A stretch of DNA of 33,204 nucleotides from Burkholderiales bacterium (GTDB taxonomy: Bacteria; Pseudomonadota; Gammaproteobacteria; Burkholderiales; JAEUOS01), in contig CANGUJ010000003.1 in the NCBI GenBank assembly GCA_947456845.1, positions 1 to 33,204 on the forward strand, written 5' to 3'. Numbering within the stretch: position 1 is the stretch's first letter; every line of letters starts with the position of its first letter. The notes under the pieces were generated by a model. The model saw only the letters and a list, made by a program, of their open reading frames with translations, was not told the origin of the DNA and ran no database searches. The translations under genes and the position numbers were made by a program. Below are positions 18,304 through 27,869 of the stretch, piece by piece.

Positions 18304-18795
18304 ATGGGAAACCCGATGCGCGCTTTCGACGCTGTGGTGGCCGCGCCGTTCGGTGGCATCGGTGTGCGCGTGGCCGAAGACGCGCTGGCGGAACTGGTCT
18401 ACCTGCCACGCTCGATCGCGCCGCTTTCGCCTGCATCTGACATCGCGCGCGACGCGGCGCGTCAAGTAAAGGCCTATTTGGCGGATGCGGACTTCCGCTT
18501 CGACCTGCCGATCCTCCGGCGCGGAACCGATTTCCAGCACCGGGTCTGGGGTGTGATTGCCGCGATTCCGCGCGGCCAGACCCTGACCTACGGGCAGGTG
18601 GCGCGGCACCTTCGCAGCGCGCCGCGCGCGGTCGGCCAGGCTTGCGGCGCCAACTGGTTTCCGATGGTCATTCCCTGCCACCGCGTCCTGGCGGCGGGCG
18701 GCATCGGTGGCTTCGCCCGTCACGATGGCGACGGGTTCCATCTAGGCGTCAAGCGCTGGCTCCTGCGACATGAGGGGGTGGCGGGGTATGGATGA
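18304..18795 (+). CDS. ogt: Methylated-DNA--protein-cysteine methyltransferase
   Basis: GTDFQ.RVW, TYGQVA..RAVGQAC and active-site IPCHRV. Confidence 0.9.
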   Translation: MGNPMRAFDAVVAAPFGGIGVRVAEDALAELVYLPRSIAPLSPASDIARDAARQVKAYLADADFRFDLPILRRGTDFQHRVWGVIAAIPRGQTLTYGQVARHLRSAPRAVGQACGANWFPMVIPCHRVLAAGGIGGFARHDGDGFHLGVKRWLLRHEGVAGYG

Positions 18796-19690
18796 TGCAG
18801 CGCATGCGCTGATCGACGAGTTCTGCGACGCGCTCTGGCTTGAGGACGGCCTGTCGCAACTGACGCTGGATGCCTACAGGCGCGATCTTGCCCAGCTCGC
18901 GACCTGGCTTTCGGGAGAAAGGCGCGATCTTGCGCGCGCGACCGAGGCCGACATGCTCGGCTACCTGTCGGTCCGGCACGCCGGGGGCGCCAAGGCCACC
19001 AGCAGCAACCGGCGACTGTCGGCGGCACGCCGCTTTTATCGCTGGCTGGTGCGCCAGGGGCGGCGCGACACGGACCCCACCGCCGGACTGGACTCGGCAA
19101 AACAGGCGCCCCGCTTTCCCAGAACGCTTTCCGAGGCCGATGTCGAGCGGCTGCTGGGCACGCCGGACAGCACCACCACGCTCGGCCTGCGCGACCGCGC
19201 GATGCTGGAGGTTCTCTATGCGAGCGGCCTGCGGGTGACCGAACTGGTCTCGCTTCGGATGCATGAGGTGAGCCTGCCCGACGGGGTCTTGCGCGTGGCG
19301 TCCGGCAAGGGCGCCAAGACTCGCCTGGTGCCGTTCGGCGAGGAAGCGGCGTCCTGGATCGCGCGCTACATCCAAGATGCCCGCCCGGTCCTCGCGGCGG
19401 GCCGGAGTTCGGACGCGCTGTTCCTTACCGCGCGGGGCGGCGCCATGACCAGACACAATTTCTGGCACATGGTCAAGCGCTATGGCGCCCTCGTCGCGAT
19501 CCCTGCCGCGCTGCTGTCGCCGCACACGCTGCGCCACGCGTTTGCCACGCATCTGCTCAATCATGGCGCCGACCTGCGGGTGGTGCAGATGTTGCTGGGC
19601 CATGCGGATATCTCGACGACGCAAATCTACACACATGTCGCACGTGCGCGCCTCAAGCAACTGCACGCAACCCATCATCCACGCGCCTGA
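18788..19690 (+). CDS. xerD: Tyrosine recombinase XerD
   Basis: LWLEDGLS..AYRRDL, RDRAMLEVLYASGLRVTEL, SPHTLRHAFATHLLNHGADLRVVQMLLGHADISTTQIYTHV. Confidence 0.95.
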   Translation: MDDAAHALIDEFCDALWLEDGLSQLTLDAYRRDLAQLATWLSGERRDLARATEADMLGYLSVRHAGGAKATSSNRRLSAARRFYRWLVRQGRRDTDPTAGLDSAKQAPRFPRTLSEADVERLLGTPDSTTTLGLRDRAMLEVLYASGLRVTELVSLRMHEVSLPDGVLRVASGKGAKTRLVPFGEEAASWIARYIQDARPVLAAGRSSDALFLTARGGAMTRHNFWHMVKRYGALVAIPAALLSPHTLRHAFATHLLNHGADLRVVQMLLGHADISTTQIYTHVARARLKQLHATHHPRA

Positions 19691-19694
19691 TGCC

Positions 19695-20186
19695 ATGCCC
19701 AAGAAGCAGCATGTATCCGAAACGCCGGCGACCGCCCTTCTCAGGTCGCGCGGCATCGCTTTCGGCGAACACCCCTACGCGTACGAGGAGCACGGCGGCA
19801 CCGAGGTGTCGGCGCGCGAACTCGGCGTACCAGAGCACGCGGTCATCAAGACCCTGGTGATGCAGGACGAGCAGGCCCAGCCATTGATCGTGCTGATGCA
19901 TGGCGACCGTAAGGTGTCGACCAAGAACCTGGCGCGCCAGGCGGGATGCAAGTCCGTCCTCCCCTGCAAGCCCGAGGTGGCGAACCGCCATTCCGGCTAT
20001 CTGGTCGGCGGCACATCGCCGTTTGCCACGCGCAAGGCCATGCCCGTCTACGTCGAGGAGACGATCTTTGCCTTGCCGACCATCTACATCAACGGTGGCC
20101 GCCGCGGATACCTTGTGTCGATTGACCCCGGCGTGCTCGACCAGCTCTTGCCCGTCAAGCGCGTGCAGGCGGCGATCGCCGACTAG
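19695..20186 (+). CDS. ybaK: Cys-tRNA(Pro) deacylase YbaK/EbsC
   Basis: TPAT, VIKTLV, GYLVGGTSPF and INGGRRG motifs. Confidence 0.9.
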   Translation: MPKKQHVSETPATALLRSRGIAFGEHPYAYEEHGGTEVSARELGVPEHAVIKTLVMQDEQAQPLIVLMHGDRKVSTKNLARQAGCKSVLPCKPEVANRHSGYLVGGTSPFATRKAMPVYVEETIFALPTIYINGGRRGYLVSIDPGVLDQLLPVKRVQAAIAD

Positions 20187-20199
20187 CCGCTGGCCGCGG

Positions 20200-21723
20200 C
20201 TAGTCGCGCACCGGCGATGCCTCGCGACGCTTGAGTTCCCGCCCGGTGCCGTCGACGCTTTCGAGGACGACGCGAAACCCCCACAACCTCGCGACATGTC
20301 TGAGAACCTCGTCGGCATCCTGGTTCAGGGGGCGTCCCGACTGCTGCAGGTGGCGCAGGGTCAGCGACCGGTCGCCGCGGGTATCGACCGACCAGACCTG
20401 GATGTTCGGTTCGCGGTGGTTGATGTCGTATTGGCGGGCCAGCGATTCGCGTAGCTGCCGGTAACCGGCCTCGTCGTGGATGGCCGAGACCTCGAGATCC
20501 GGCTGCGCCTGATCGTCGCGCAAGGCGAACAGGCGGAAGCGGCGCATGAGTTCCGGCGAGAGAAACTGGCCGATGAAGCTTTCGTCCTTGAAATTGCGCA
20601 TCGCATAGTCGAGCGTCGTGCGCCAGTCGCTGCCCGCGATGTCCGGGAACCACAGCCTGTCCTCGTCGGTCGGGGATTCGCAGATCCTGCGGATGTCGCG
20701 CATCATCGCGAATCCCAGCGCGTAGGGGTTGAGACGGCCGCCCGCCGGCTGCGCGACCACACTGGTGTGCGACTGCAGGAATTCCAGCATGAATCCGTCG
20801 GTCAGGAGCCCTTCGTCGTACATGCTGTTCAACAGGGTGTAGTGCCAGAAGGTGGCCCAGCCCTCGTTCATGACCTGGGTCTGCCGCTGGGGGTAGAAGT
20901 ACTGGGCGACCTTGCGAACGATGCGCACTACCTCGCGCTGCCAAGGCTCAAGCAGCGGTGCGTGCTTCTCGATGAAGTAAAGGATGTTCTCCTGGGGTTC
21001 CTCAGGGAAGCGCGCGCGGCCTGCATCGGCCCTGCGGTCGGTTCGCCTGGGCAGGGTCCGCCAGAGGTCATTAACCTGCTGCTGCAGGTAGATCTCCCGC
21101 TCGGAACGGCGCGCCTTCTCCTGCGCCAGCGAGAGTCTTTGCGGGCGCCGGTAGCGGTCCACACCCTGGTCCATCAGGGCGTGGCATGAATCGAGCATCT
21201 GCTCGACAGCCTCGATGCCATGCTTTTCCTCGCACTCGGCGATGTAGGTGCGGGCATACACCAGGTAGTCGATGATCGAGGAGGCGTCGGTCCACATCCG
21301 GAAAAGGTAGTTGCCCTTGAAGAACGAGTTGTGCCCGTAGGCGGCGTGCGCGATCACCAGCGCCTGCATCGGCAGGGTGTTCTCGTCCATCAGGTAGGAG
21401 ATGCAGGGATCCGAATTGATGACGATCTCGTAGGCCAGCCCCATCTGGCCGCGGCGATAGCTGCGCTCGGTGGCGATGAACTGTTTGCCGAACGACCAGT
21501 GCTTGTAGTTGACCGGCATGCCCACCGAGGCATAGGCATCCATCATCTGTTCGGCGGTGATGATCTCCAACTGGTTGGCGTAGGTATCCAGGCCGAAACT
21601 GCGCGCGGTACGGGCGATCGCGTCGTGATATGCATCGATCAGTTCGAATGTCCACTCCGACGGGCATGGCAGCGGCTGTGCCGCGCGCGCGACGGGTGCA
21701 CAGGCCTGGAGGGTTACGCTCAT
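20200..21723 (-). CDS. ycgB: SpoVR family protein (YcgB)
   Basis: HWSFGK, LAYEIVINSDPCI, AHAAYGHNSFFKGN and YFYPQRQTQVMNEGWATFWH; ATGA overlap with yeaH. Confidence 0.92.
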   Translation of the reverse strand: MSVTLQACAPVARAAQPLPCPSEWTFELIDAYHDAIARTARSFGLDTYANQLEIITAEQMMDAYASVGMPVNYKHWSFGKQFIATERSYRRGQMGLAYEIVINSDPCISYLMDENTLPMQALVIAHAAYGHNSFFKGNYLFRMWTDASSIIDYLVYARTYIAECEEKHGIEAVEQMLDSCHALMDQGVDRYRRPQRLSLAQEKARRSEREIYLQQQVNDLWRTLPRRTDRRADAGRARFPEEPQENILYFIEKHAPLLEPWQREVVRIVRKVAQYFYPQRQTQVMNEGWATFWHYTLLNSMYDEGLLTDGFMLEFLQSHTSVVAQPAGGRLNPYALGFAMMRDIRRICESPTDEDRLWFPDIAGSDWRTTLDYAMRNFKDESFIGQFLSPELMRRFRLFALRDDQAQPDLEVSAIHDEAGYRQLRESLARQYDINHREPNIQVWSVDTRGDRSLTLRHLQQSGRPLNQDADEVLRHVARLWGFRVVLESVDGTGRELKRREASPVRD

Positions 21724-22988
21724 GCCGCGGCTTCCCTGCGGAACAGGTCGCGGAACACCGGATAGATGTCGGACGCCCCGGCGATCATGCGCATGGCGAA
21801 ATTCGGATTTTCGGTTGCTACCCGGGCGTATTCCTCCCACAGGCTTTGCTGGCCCTCCGCCACCTGTACATAGGCGAAATAGCGCACCAGCGGCAGAAGG
21901 CTGGTGTCGAGCAACTCGCGGCACTTGGCTGAGTCCTGGCCCCAGTTGTCGCCATCCGATGCCTGCGCTCCATAGATGTTCCAATCTCCGGCAGCGTAAC
22001 GCTCGCGGATGATGTCCTGCATCAGGATCAGGGCGCTGGAAACCACGGTTCCGCCGGACTCGGTGGCATGAAAGAAATCGTGTTCATCGACCTCGTCGGC
22101 CTGGGTGTGGTGGCGTATGAAGACGACTTCCGTGCGCTCGTAATGGCGGGTCAGGAACAGGTAGAGCAGGATGAAAAAACGCTTGGCGATATCCTTGCGC
22201 GCCTCGTCCATCGAGCCGGAGACGTCCATCAGGCAAAACATGACGGCCTTGCTGATCGGCTGCGGGACGCGCACGCGGTTGCGATAGCGAAGATCGATCG
22301 GATCGAGGTAGGGAATGGCGCGCAGGCGCCGGGCCAGGCGGTCGATCTCCGCTTCCAGCGCGGCAATGTCGCCTGCCTGCGGTTCGGGCCTGCGCCTGGC
22401 TTCGGCAAGGGCGGCGCGCAAGTCGGCGAGCTTCCTGCGGTGTTCGGAGCCCAGGGCGATGCGGCGCCCCAGCGCCCCGCGCATGGAACGCAGCACATGG
22501 ATGTTGTTCGGTGTGCCGTCCCCGGTGAATCCGGCGCGCCGGAACTTGAATTCCGGCGTTTCGGCAAGCTGGGTACGGATCAGGTTCGGCAGCGCGAGGT
22601 CTTCGAAGAAGTAGTGCATGAACTCTTCGCGCGAAAGCGTGAACGCGAAATCGTCTTCCCCTTGCCCATCGGGGCTGGCGTTCCCGCCGCCGGCGACGCC
22701 CGCACCGCCTTGCGGCCGCTTGATGCGGTCGCCGCGCGCATACTCGCGATTGCCGGGAATGACATGTTCGCGGACCCCTCCGGGCCCGTGCCGGAAGGTC
22801 GGCTCGGAGAGGTCCTTGCGTGGCACCGTGACGGTCTCGCCCCGGTCGACATCGCGAATGCTTCGTTCGCCCACGGCGCGTCGTACCGCGGCGCGGATCT
22901 GCTCGCGGTAGCGCTTCAGGAAGCGCTCGCGATTGCCGATGGACTTGTTCTTGCCGGAAAGCCGTCTATCGATGATCTGTTGCAACAT
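21720..22988 (-). CDS. yeaH: YeaH/YhbH (UPF0229) VWA-like protein
   Basis: IIDRR..KNKS..NRERF, MDVSGSMD MIDAS, ESGGTVVSSAL and AQASDGDNW. Confidence 0.92.
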   Translation of the reverse strand: MLQQIIDRRLSGKNKSIGNRERFLKRYREQIRAAVRRAVGERSIRDVDRGETVTVPRKDLSEPTFRHGPGGVREHVIPGNREYARGDRIKRPQGGAGVAGGGNASPDGQGEDDFAFTLSREEFMHYFFEDLALPNLIRTQLAETPEFKFRRAGFTGDGTPNNIHVLRSMRGALGRRIALGSEHRRKLADLRAALAEARRRPEPQAGDIAALEAEIDRLARRLRAIPYLDPIDLRYRNRVRVPQPISKAVMFCLMDVSGSMDEARKDIAKRFFILLYLFLTRHYERTEVVFIRHHTQADEVDEHDFFHATESGGTVVSSALILMQDIIRERYAAGDWNIYGAQASDGDNWGQDSAKCRELLDTSLLPLVRYFAYVQVAEGQQSLWEEYARVATENPNFAMRMIAGASDIYPVFRDLFRREAAA

Positions 22989-23020
22989 GGCGGGTCGGTT
23001 CGCCGTCGCCGGGGGGCGGA

Positions 23021-24943
23021 CTAGGAACTCTTCCTGACACGCAGATACCACTCGCACAGCAGTCGCACCTGCTTCGGTGTGTATCCTTTGGTCATCATGC
23101 GGTTGACGAAGTCCTCGTGCTTCTTTTGCTCGTCGGCGCTCGCCTTGGCGTTGAACGAGATGACCGGGAGGAGTTCCTCCGTGTTCGAGAACATCTTCTT
23201 CTCGATCACCGTTCGAAGCTTCTCGTAACTGGTCCAGGCGGGATTCTTGCCGCCGTTGCTGGCGCGCGCGCGCAGGACGAAGTTGACGATCTCGTTGCGA
23301 AAATCCTTGGGGTTGCTGATGCCTGCGGGTTTCTCGATCTTCTCGAGTTCCGCGTTCAGGGCGGCGCGGTCGAATATCTCGCCCGTGTCGCTGTCGCGGA
23401 ATTCCTGGTCCTGGATCCAGAAATCGGCGTAGGTGACGTAGCGGTCGAAGATGTTCTGCCCATATTCGGAATAGGACTCCAGATAGGCGGTCTGGATTTC
23501 CTTGCCGATGAACTCCGCATACCGTACCGCCAGGTGTTCCTTTACGAAAGCGAGGTATTTCTGCTCCAAATCGGCGGGAAACTGCTCGCGTTCGATTTGC
23601 TGCTCCAGCACATACATCAAGTGCACCGGATTGGCCGCGACCTCCGAGGAGTCGAAGTTGAACACTTTGGAGAGAATCTTGAAGGCGAAGCGGGTCGACA
23701 CCCCGCTCATGCCCTCGTCGACGCCGGCGAAGTCGCGGTACTCCTGGTAACTCTTGGCCTTGGGATCGGTATCCTTCAGGTTTTCGCCGTCGTAGACCAG
23801 CATCTTGGAATACAGGCTTGAATTCTCGGGCTCCACCAGACGGGTGAGGACGGCGAACTGCGCCATCATCTTGAACGTGCCCGGCGCGCAGGTGGCTTTG
23901 GCGAGAGACGAATTGCGCACCAGCTTTTCATATATGCGCACCTCTTCGGACACACGCAGGCAGTAGGGCACCTTGACGATATAGATGCGGTCGAGGAAGG
24001 CTTCGTTGTTCTTGTTGTTGCGGAACGCCTTCCATTCGCTTTCGTTCGAATGGGCAAGCACGATGCCGTCGAACGGAATCGCGCCAAATCCCTCCGTGCC
24101 CTTGAAATTGCCCTCCTGGGTCGCCGTGAGCAGGGGATGCAGCACCTTGATCGGCGCCTTGAACATTTCCACGAACTCCAGCAGGCCCTGGTTGGCCAGG
24201 CAGAGCCCGCCCGAGTAGCTGTACGCGTCCGGATCATCCTGGGCGAAGGTCTCGAGCTTGCGGATGTCGACCTTGCCCACCAGCGAGGAAATGTCCTGAT
24301 TGTTTTCGTCCCCGGGCTCGGTCTTGGCGACGGCGACCTGTTTGAGGATCGACGGATAGCGCTTGATGACACGGAACTTGCGAATATCGCCGCCGAACTC
24401 CTCTAGGCGCTTGACCGCCCAGGGCGACAGGATGCGCGTGAGGTAGCGCTGGGGAATGCCGTATTGTTCTTCCAGCACGCGGCCGTCCTCGTTCGGGTCG
24501 AACAGGCCGAGCGGCGATTCGTTGACCGGCGAACCTTTCAATGCGTAGAACGGCACACGCTCCATCAACTGCTTGAGCCGCTCTGCGATCGACGACTTTC
24601 CGCCACCGACAGGGCCGAGCAGGTACAGGATCTGCTTCTTTTCCTCAAGCCCCTGCGCCGCGTGCCGAAAGAAGGAGACGACCTGTTCGATGACCTCTTC
24701 CGCGCCGTGGAATTCCCGGAATGCGGGGTAGATCTTGATGATCTTGTTTGCGAAGATGCGCGATAGCGCGGGCTGATTGCGCGTATCCACCATTTGGGGT
24801 TCGCCGATGGCCGCGAGCATGCGCTCAGCCGCGGTGGCGTAGGCCATCGGGTCCCGTTTGCAGGTGTCGAGGTACTGCTCGAGGGTCAGTTCCTCTTCGC
24901 GAGTACGTTCATAACGTGCGGCGAAACTGCTGATGACATCCAT
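23021..24943 (-). CDS. yeaG: PrkA/YeaG AAA+ serine kinase family protein
   Basis: GPVGGGKS Walker A, EPGDENNQDISSLVG, FVEMFK and NNEAFLDRI; strong GAGGAGG RBS. Confidence 0.95.
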   Translation of the reverse strand: MDVISSFAARYERTREEELTLEQYLDTCKRDPMAYATAAERMLAAIGEPQMVDTRNQPALSRIFANKIIKIYPAFREFHGAEEVIEQVVSFFRHAAQGLEEKKQILYLLGPVGGGKSSIAERLKQLMERVPFYALKGSPVNESPLGLFDPNEDGRVLEEQYGIPQRYLTRILSPWAVKRLEEFGGDIRKFRVIKRYPSILKQVAVAKTEPGDENNQDISSLVGKVDIRKLETFAQDDPDAYSYSGGLCLANQGLLEFVEMFKAPIKVLHPLLTATQEGNFKGTEGFGAIPFDGIVLAHSNESEWKAFRNNKNNEAFLDRIYIVKVPYCLRVSEEVRIYEKLVRNSSLAKATCAPGTFKMMAQFAVLTRLVEPENSSLYSKMLVYDGENLKDTDPKAKSYQEYRDFAGVDEGMSGVSTRFAFKILSKVFNFDSSEVAANPVHLMYVLEQQIEREQFPADLEQKYLAFVKEHLAVRYAEFIGKEIQTAYLESYSEYGQNIFDRYVTYADFWIQDQEFRDSDTGEIFDRAALNAELEKIEKPAGISNPKDFRNEIVNFVLRARASNGGKNPAWTSYEKLRTVIEKKMFSNTEELLPVISFNAKASADEQKKHEDFVNRMMTKGYTPKQVRLLCEWYLRVRKSS

Positions 24944-24980
24944 GCTGCCTCCTCAACTGCTACTGGTGATGGGGCCGGCA

Positions 24981-25031
24981 AGAACAACAGAGAGCAACAA
25001 CAGGGAGCAACCACAGAAAGCACCAACAGAG
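24981..25031. repeat. Degenerate 13 bp tandem repeat (about 4 copies, consensus AGCAACAACAGRG) in the yeaG upstream region
   Basis: agaacaacagag / agcaacaacaggg / agcaaccacagaa / agcaccaacagag, read directly from the sequence. Confidence 0.8.
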
Positions 25032-25251
25032 AACAGACAGCAAAGGCACGCAGATTAAGCAGCAGAAAGATGTGGTGCGAAGCCACACCTGACCCCAAGA
25101 ACAGCTTAGCAGATGATGCGCCTGGATTTTTACAATCCCTGCTGCGTGTTTCAAAACAGGCCAAGCGGAACCAACGGCATGCGGATTCGTCGAGCATGTG
25201 GCCGCAAATAGCCAGATATCTGGCCACGAAAAGCTTTTCGAAAAATGGCCA

Positions 25252-25267
25252 AGCAAGAAGCGCGCCC
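25252..25267 (-). promoter_or_regulatory. Putative sigma54 (-24/-12) promoter for yeaG-yeaH-spoVR
   Basis: Minus strand GGGCGCG-CTTC-TTGCT versus consensus TGGCACG-N4-TTGC(A/T), with exact GG-N10-GC spacing; oriented toward yeaG. Confidence 0.55.
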
Positions 25268-25474
25268 TTTTGGGGTTGCTTGTTTCGCGAAAACTTCATG
25301 CATACGCCGGGACAGCTGAGAGTCCGCCGGGCGTATTTTCTTCAACGCGCGCTTCCGGCGGAAGGATGACGTCGATCCCGGCTTGGCAGCGCAACCGGTG
25401 CATGCCTGCCGGAAGGGCCGCAGTGGCCGGTTGCGCCGGACTGCTGCTCGGGTCCGCCGTGCCGGCCCGCAGGA

Positions 25475-25831
25475 TCACGCGGCGCTGCGACGCTCGACGA
25501 CAATGCCCACCTGTTTTGCGGAGGGCAGGATGCCCAGCTTAGCGACCGACAGGCGCACGTACGGAGTCCTGAACTCGGCGATGATGCCGCGCGCCAGATG
25601 GTCGGCCATGCGCTCAAGCAGCTTGAAGTGATGTGTGTCGCATTCATGCTTGACGTAGTCTGCTATCGCCGCATAGTTGACGGTGTCGGCTAGCTTGTCA
25701 CTGGTGAATACGGCCTGGCCGGGGATGGCAAGTTCGATATTGAACTCCAGCTGCTGGGCGGCCTCGCGTTCGCGGGGATAGTGTCCGACGATGGTCGAGA
25801 CCGCGAGGTTGCGGATGAATATCAGGTCCAT
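25475..25831 (-). CDS. folB: Dihydroneopterin aldolase
   Basis: MDLIFIRNL..VGHYPRE, SDKLADTVNYA and FKLLERMA; divergent from plsY as usual. Confidence 0.9.
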   Translation of the reverse strand: MDLIFIRNLAVSTIVGHYPREREAAQQLEFNIELAIPGQAVFTSDKLADTVNYAAIADYVKHECDTHHFKLLERMADHLARGIIAEFRTPYVRLSVAKLGILPSAKQVGIVVERRSAA

Positions 25832-25874
25832 GTTGCTAGAATTCGGGTGTGTATGGCGATTCTAGAAGAAAGAC

Positions 25875-26483
25875 ATGGCGAGCCTCTTGTTCGGCGTCAT
25901 TGCCTATTTGATCGGTTCCATATCATTCGCGGTGATTGTCAGCCGCGCATTCGGGCTTTCCGATCCGCGGACATATGGTTCAAAGAACCCTGGAGCGACC
26001 AACGTCCTGCGTTCTGGCAGCAAGGCGGCGGCAGTGCTGACACTGGCGGGCGATGCGCTCAAGGGATGGGTGGCTGTCGTACTCGCACAAACCTATGCGG
26101 CGCGCTACGGCGTAGCCGAAAGTGGTATTGCCCTTGTGGCTGTCGCGTCCTTTCTCGGACACCTCTATCCGGTGTTTTTCCGTTTTCAGGGTGGCAAGGG
26201 GGTAGCCACCGCGCTCGGCATACTCGTTGCCCTTGACCTCTGGCTGGGTCTGGCCACCTTGGCTACCTGGCTCATCATTGCGTTCTTCTTTCGCTACTCT
26301 TCGCTGGCGGCGTTGGTATCTGCCGTTTTCGCGCCGTTTTACTACGCCATGTTCTGGTCCGTTGATCTCATCACTCTCGCCATCGGCGCCATGTCTTTGA
26401 TGTTGGTCTGGCGCCACCGGGACAACGTGGAAAAACTTCTGGCCGGTACCGAATCACGTCTGGGGGTCAAAGCCAAGGGCTGA
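25875..26483 (+). CDS. plsY: Glycerol-3-phosphate acyltransferase PlsY
   Basis: [32 protein letters not shown] and RHRDN..L.GTE. Confidence 0.96.
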   Translation: MASLLFGVIAYLIGSISFAVIVSRAFGLSDPRTYGSKNPGATNVLRSGSKAAAVLTLAGDALKGWVAVVLAQTYAARYGVAESGIALVAVASFLGHLYPVFFRFQGGKGVATALGILVALDLWLGLATLATWLIIAFFFRYSSLAALVSAVFAPFYYAMFWSVDLITLAIGAMSLMLVWRHRDNVEKLLAGTESRLGVKAKG

Positions 26484-26528
26484 GGGTGTCGATGGCTAGC
26501 TGATGCTCAAGGCAAGACGATGCAGCGG

Positions 26529-27587
26529 TCAGCTCGGGGTGCCGGATTGGCGTGATGGAGTCGCCAGATCGGCGAGGTTCCACCGCGGCTTGATTTCGAA
26601 TCCGAGGCTCTGCGCATCGCCGGAGGCGGCGCGGCAGGCGCCCGCGTACGCGATCATGGCGCCATTGTCGGTGCACAGCTCGAGTTCGGGATAGAACACG
26701 TCGAACCCGTCGAGGGACGCGCTCGCGTCCAGACGCGAGCGCAGCGTGCGATTGGCCGACACACCGCCTGCGACCACCAGGCGGGCCAGACCGGTCGACG
26801 TCATTGCCCGGCGCGATTTTGCCACCAGGACGTCGGTGATCGCGTCCTCGACGGCATGCGCGATGTCGGCGCGAACCTGGGTTTCATCGATGCCCGCCCG
26901 AATCAGCGAAAGCACAGCGGTTTTGAGCCCGCTGAAGCTGAAATCGAGGGTGCCGGAGTCAAGCATGGGGCGAGGCAGTTTGAACCGATTCGGCCGCCCC
27001 GTGGCGGCAAGCCGGCTCAATGCAGGACCGCCGGGATAGCCCAGTCCCAGAAGCTTGGCAGTCTTGTCGAACGCTTCCCCTGCTGCGTCATCAACCGATT
27101 CGCCGATCAGCGTGTAGCGCCCAACGCCCTCGACCAGCATCAACTGGGTGTGTCCGCCGGAGACCAGCAGCGCGACAAAGGGAAATTTCGGTGGGCTGCA
27201 TGAAAGCAACGGCGAAAGCAGGTGCCCCTCAAGGTGGTGGACGGCAATCGCGGGAATGCCCAGCCCGTAGGCCAGCGCGGTGGCCGTGCCGGCGCCCACT
27301 AGCAGGGCACCCGCGAGGCCCGGGCCCTGGGTGTACGCAATAGCGCCAAGGTCGGCGACGGTGGTGCCCGCCGACTTCAGCACATGGCCAATCAGCCCAG
27401 GTAAACGCCGGATATGGTCGCGCGAAGCCAGCTCCGGGACGACGCCCCCGTACTCCTCGTGCATGCGGACCTGAGAATGCAGGGCATGCGCGATCAGCCC
27501 GTCGCGAGGCAGCGCCTGACCGAGTGCGTCGTCGTAGAGCGCGACGCCGCTTTCATCGCAGGAGGTTTCGATACCAAGCACGAGCAT
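26529..27587 (-). CDS. tsaD: tRNA N6-threonylcarbamoyltransferase TsaD
   Basis: [45 protein letters not shown] and CTDNGAMIA. Confidence 0.96.
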   Translation of the reverse strand: MLVLGIETSCDESGVALYDDALGQALPRDGLIAHALHSQVRMHEEYGGVVPELASRDHIRRLPGLIGHVLKSAGTTVADLGAIAYTQGPGLAGALLVGAGTATALAYGLGIPAIAVHHLEGHLLSPLLSCSPPKFPFVALLVSGGHTQLMLVEGVGRYTLIGESVDDAAGEAFDKTAKLLGLGYPGGPALSRLAATGRPNRFKLPRPMLDSGTLDFSFSGLKTAVLSLIRAGIDETQVRADIAHAVEDAITDVLVAKSRRAMTSTGLARLVVAGGVSANRTLRSRLDASASLDGFDVFYPELELCTDNGAMIAYAGACRAASGDAQSLGFEIKPRWNLADLATPSRQSGTPS

Positions 27588-27811
27588 GGAATTGCAGTCC
27601 ATGAAAAGCGGCTAACAACCCGGGGACAGGCGCCTGCGCCGTCTGGCGGAATTCTGATCGCGATAGCGTCGGCATCCTTCCCAGTATACGAGCCCGACCG
27701 GTGCTTACCTCGGGAACACGGGTCGACACGTCTCGCCCGAAGCTGGCCAGAATCAGGTCGGGGGCAGCGCTTGCCCGGAAAAGGCGGCACACAGGACAGC
27801 CCGGGCCGGGC

Positions 27812-27840
27812 TTGCACTCGGGCAGGGATTGCAGTATTAT
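27812..27840 (+). promoter_or_regulatory. Sigma70 promoter of rpsU
   Basis: TTGCAC-17 bp-TATTAT, 29 nt before the ATG. Confidence 0.7.
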
Positions 27841-27869
27841 TTAAGGCTATTTAGCGTTCGGAGTTAGCA

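Noticed and set aside
18788-19690. Tyrosine recombinase as a phage or island integrase
   Set aside because: Sequence and ogt-xerD-ybaK context match housekeeping XerD; no att/tRNA site or cargo genes.
24981-25031. Possible mini CRISPR array
   Set aside because: Units are 13 bp, contiguous, without spacers, and there are no cas genes.
24886-25299. Hydrophobic Cys/Leu-rich ORFs (137 aa and 98 aa) upstream of yeaG
   Set aside because: The composition follows from the CTGTTG repeat tract; there is no RBS, codon usage is atypical, and one ORF overlaps yeaG. A translated uORF cannot be fully excluded.
27603-27810. Possible ncRNA in the tsaD-rpsU gap
   Set aside because: No recognisable RNA family motif or terminator; most simply a divergent promoter region.
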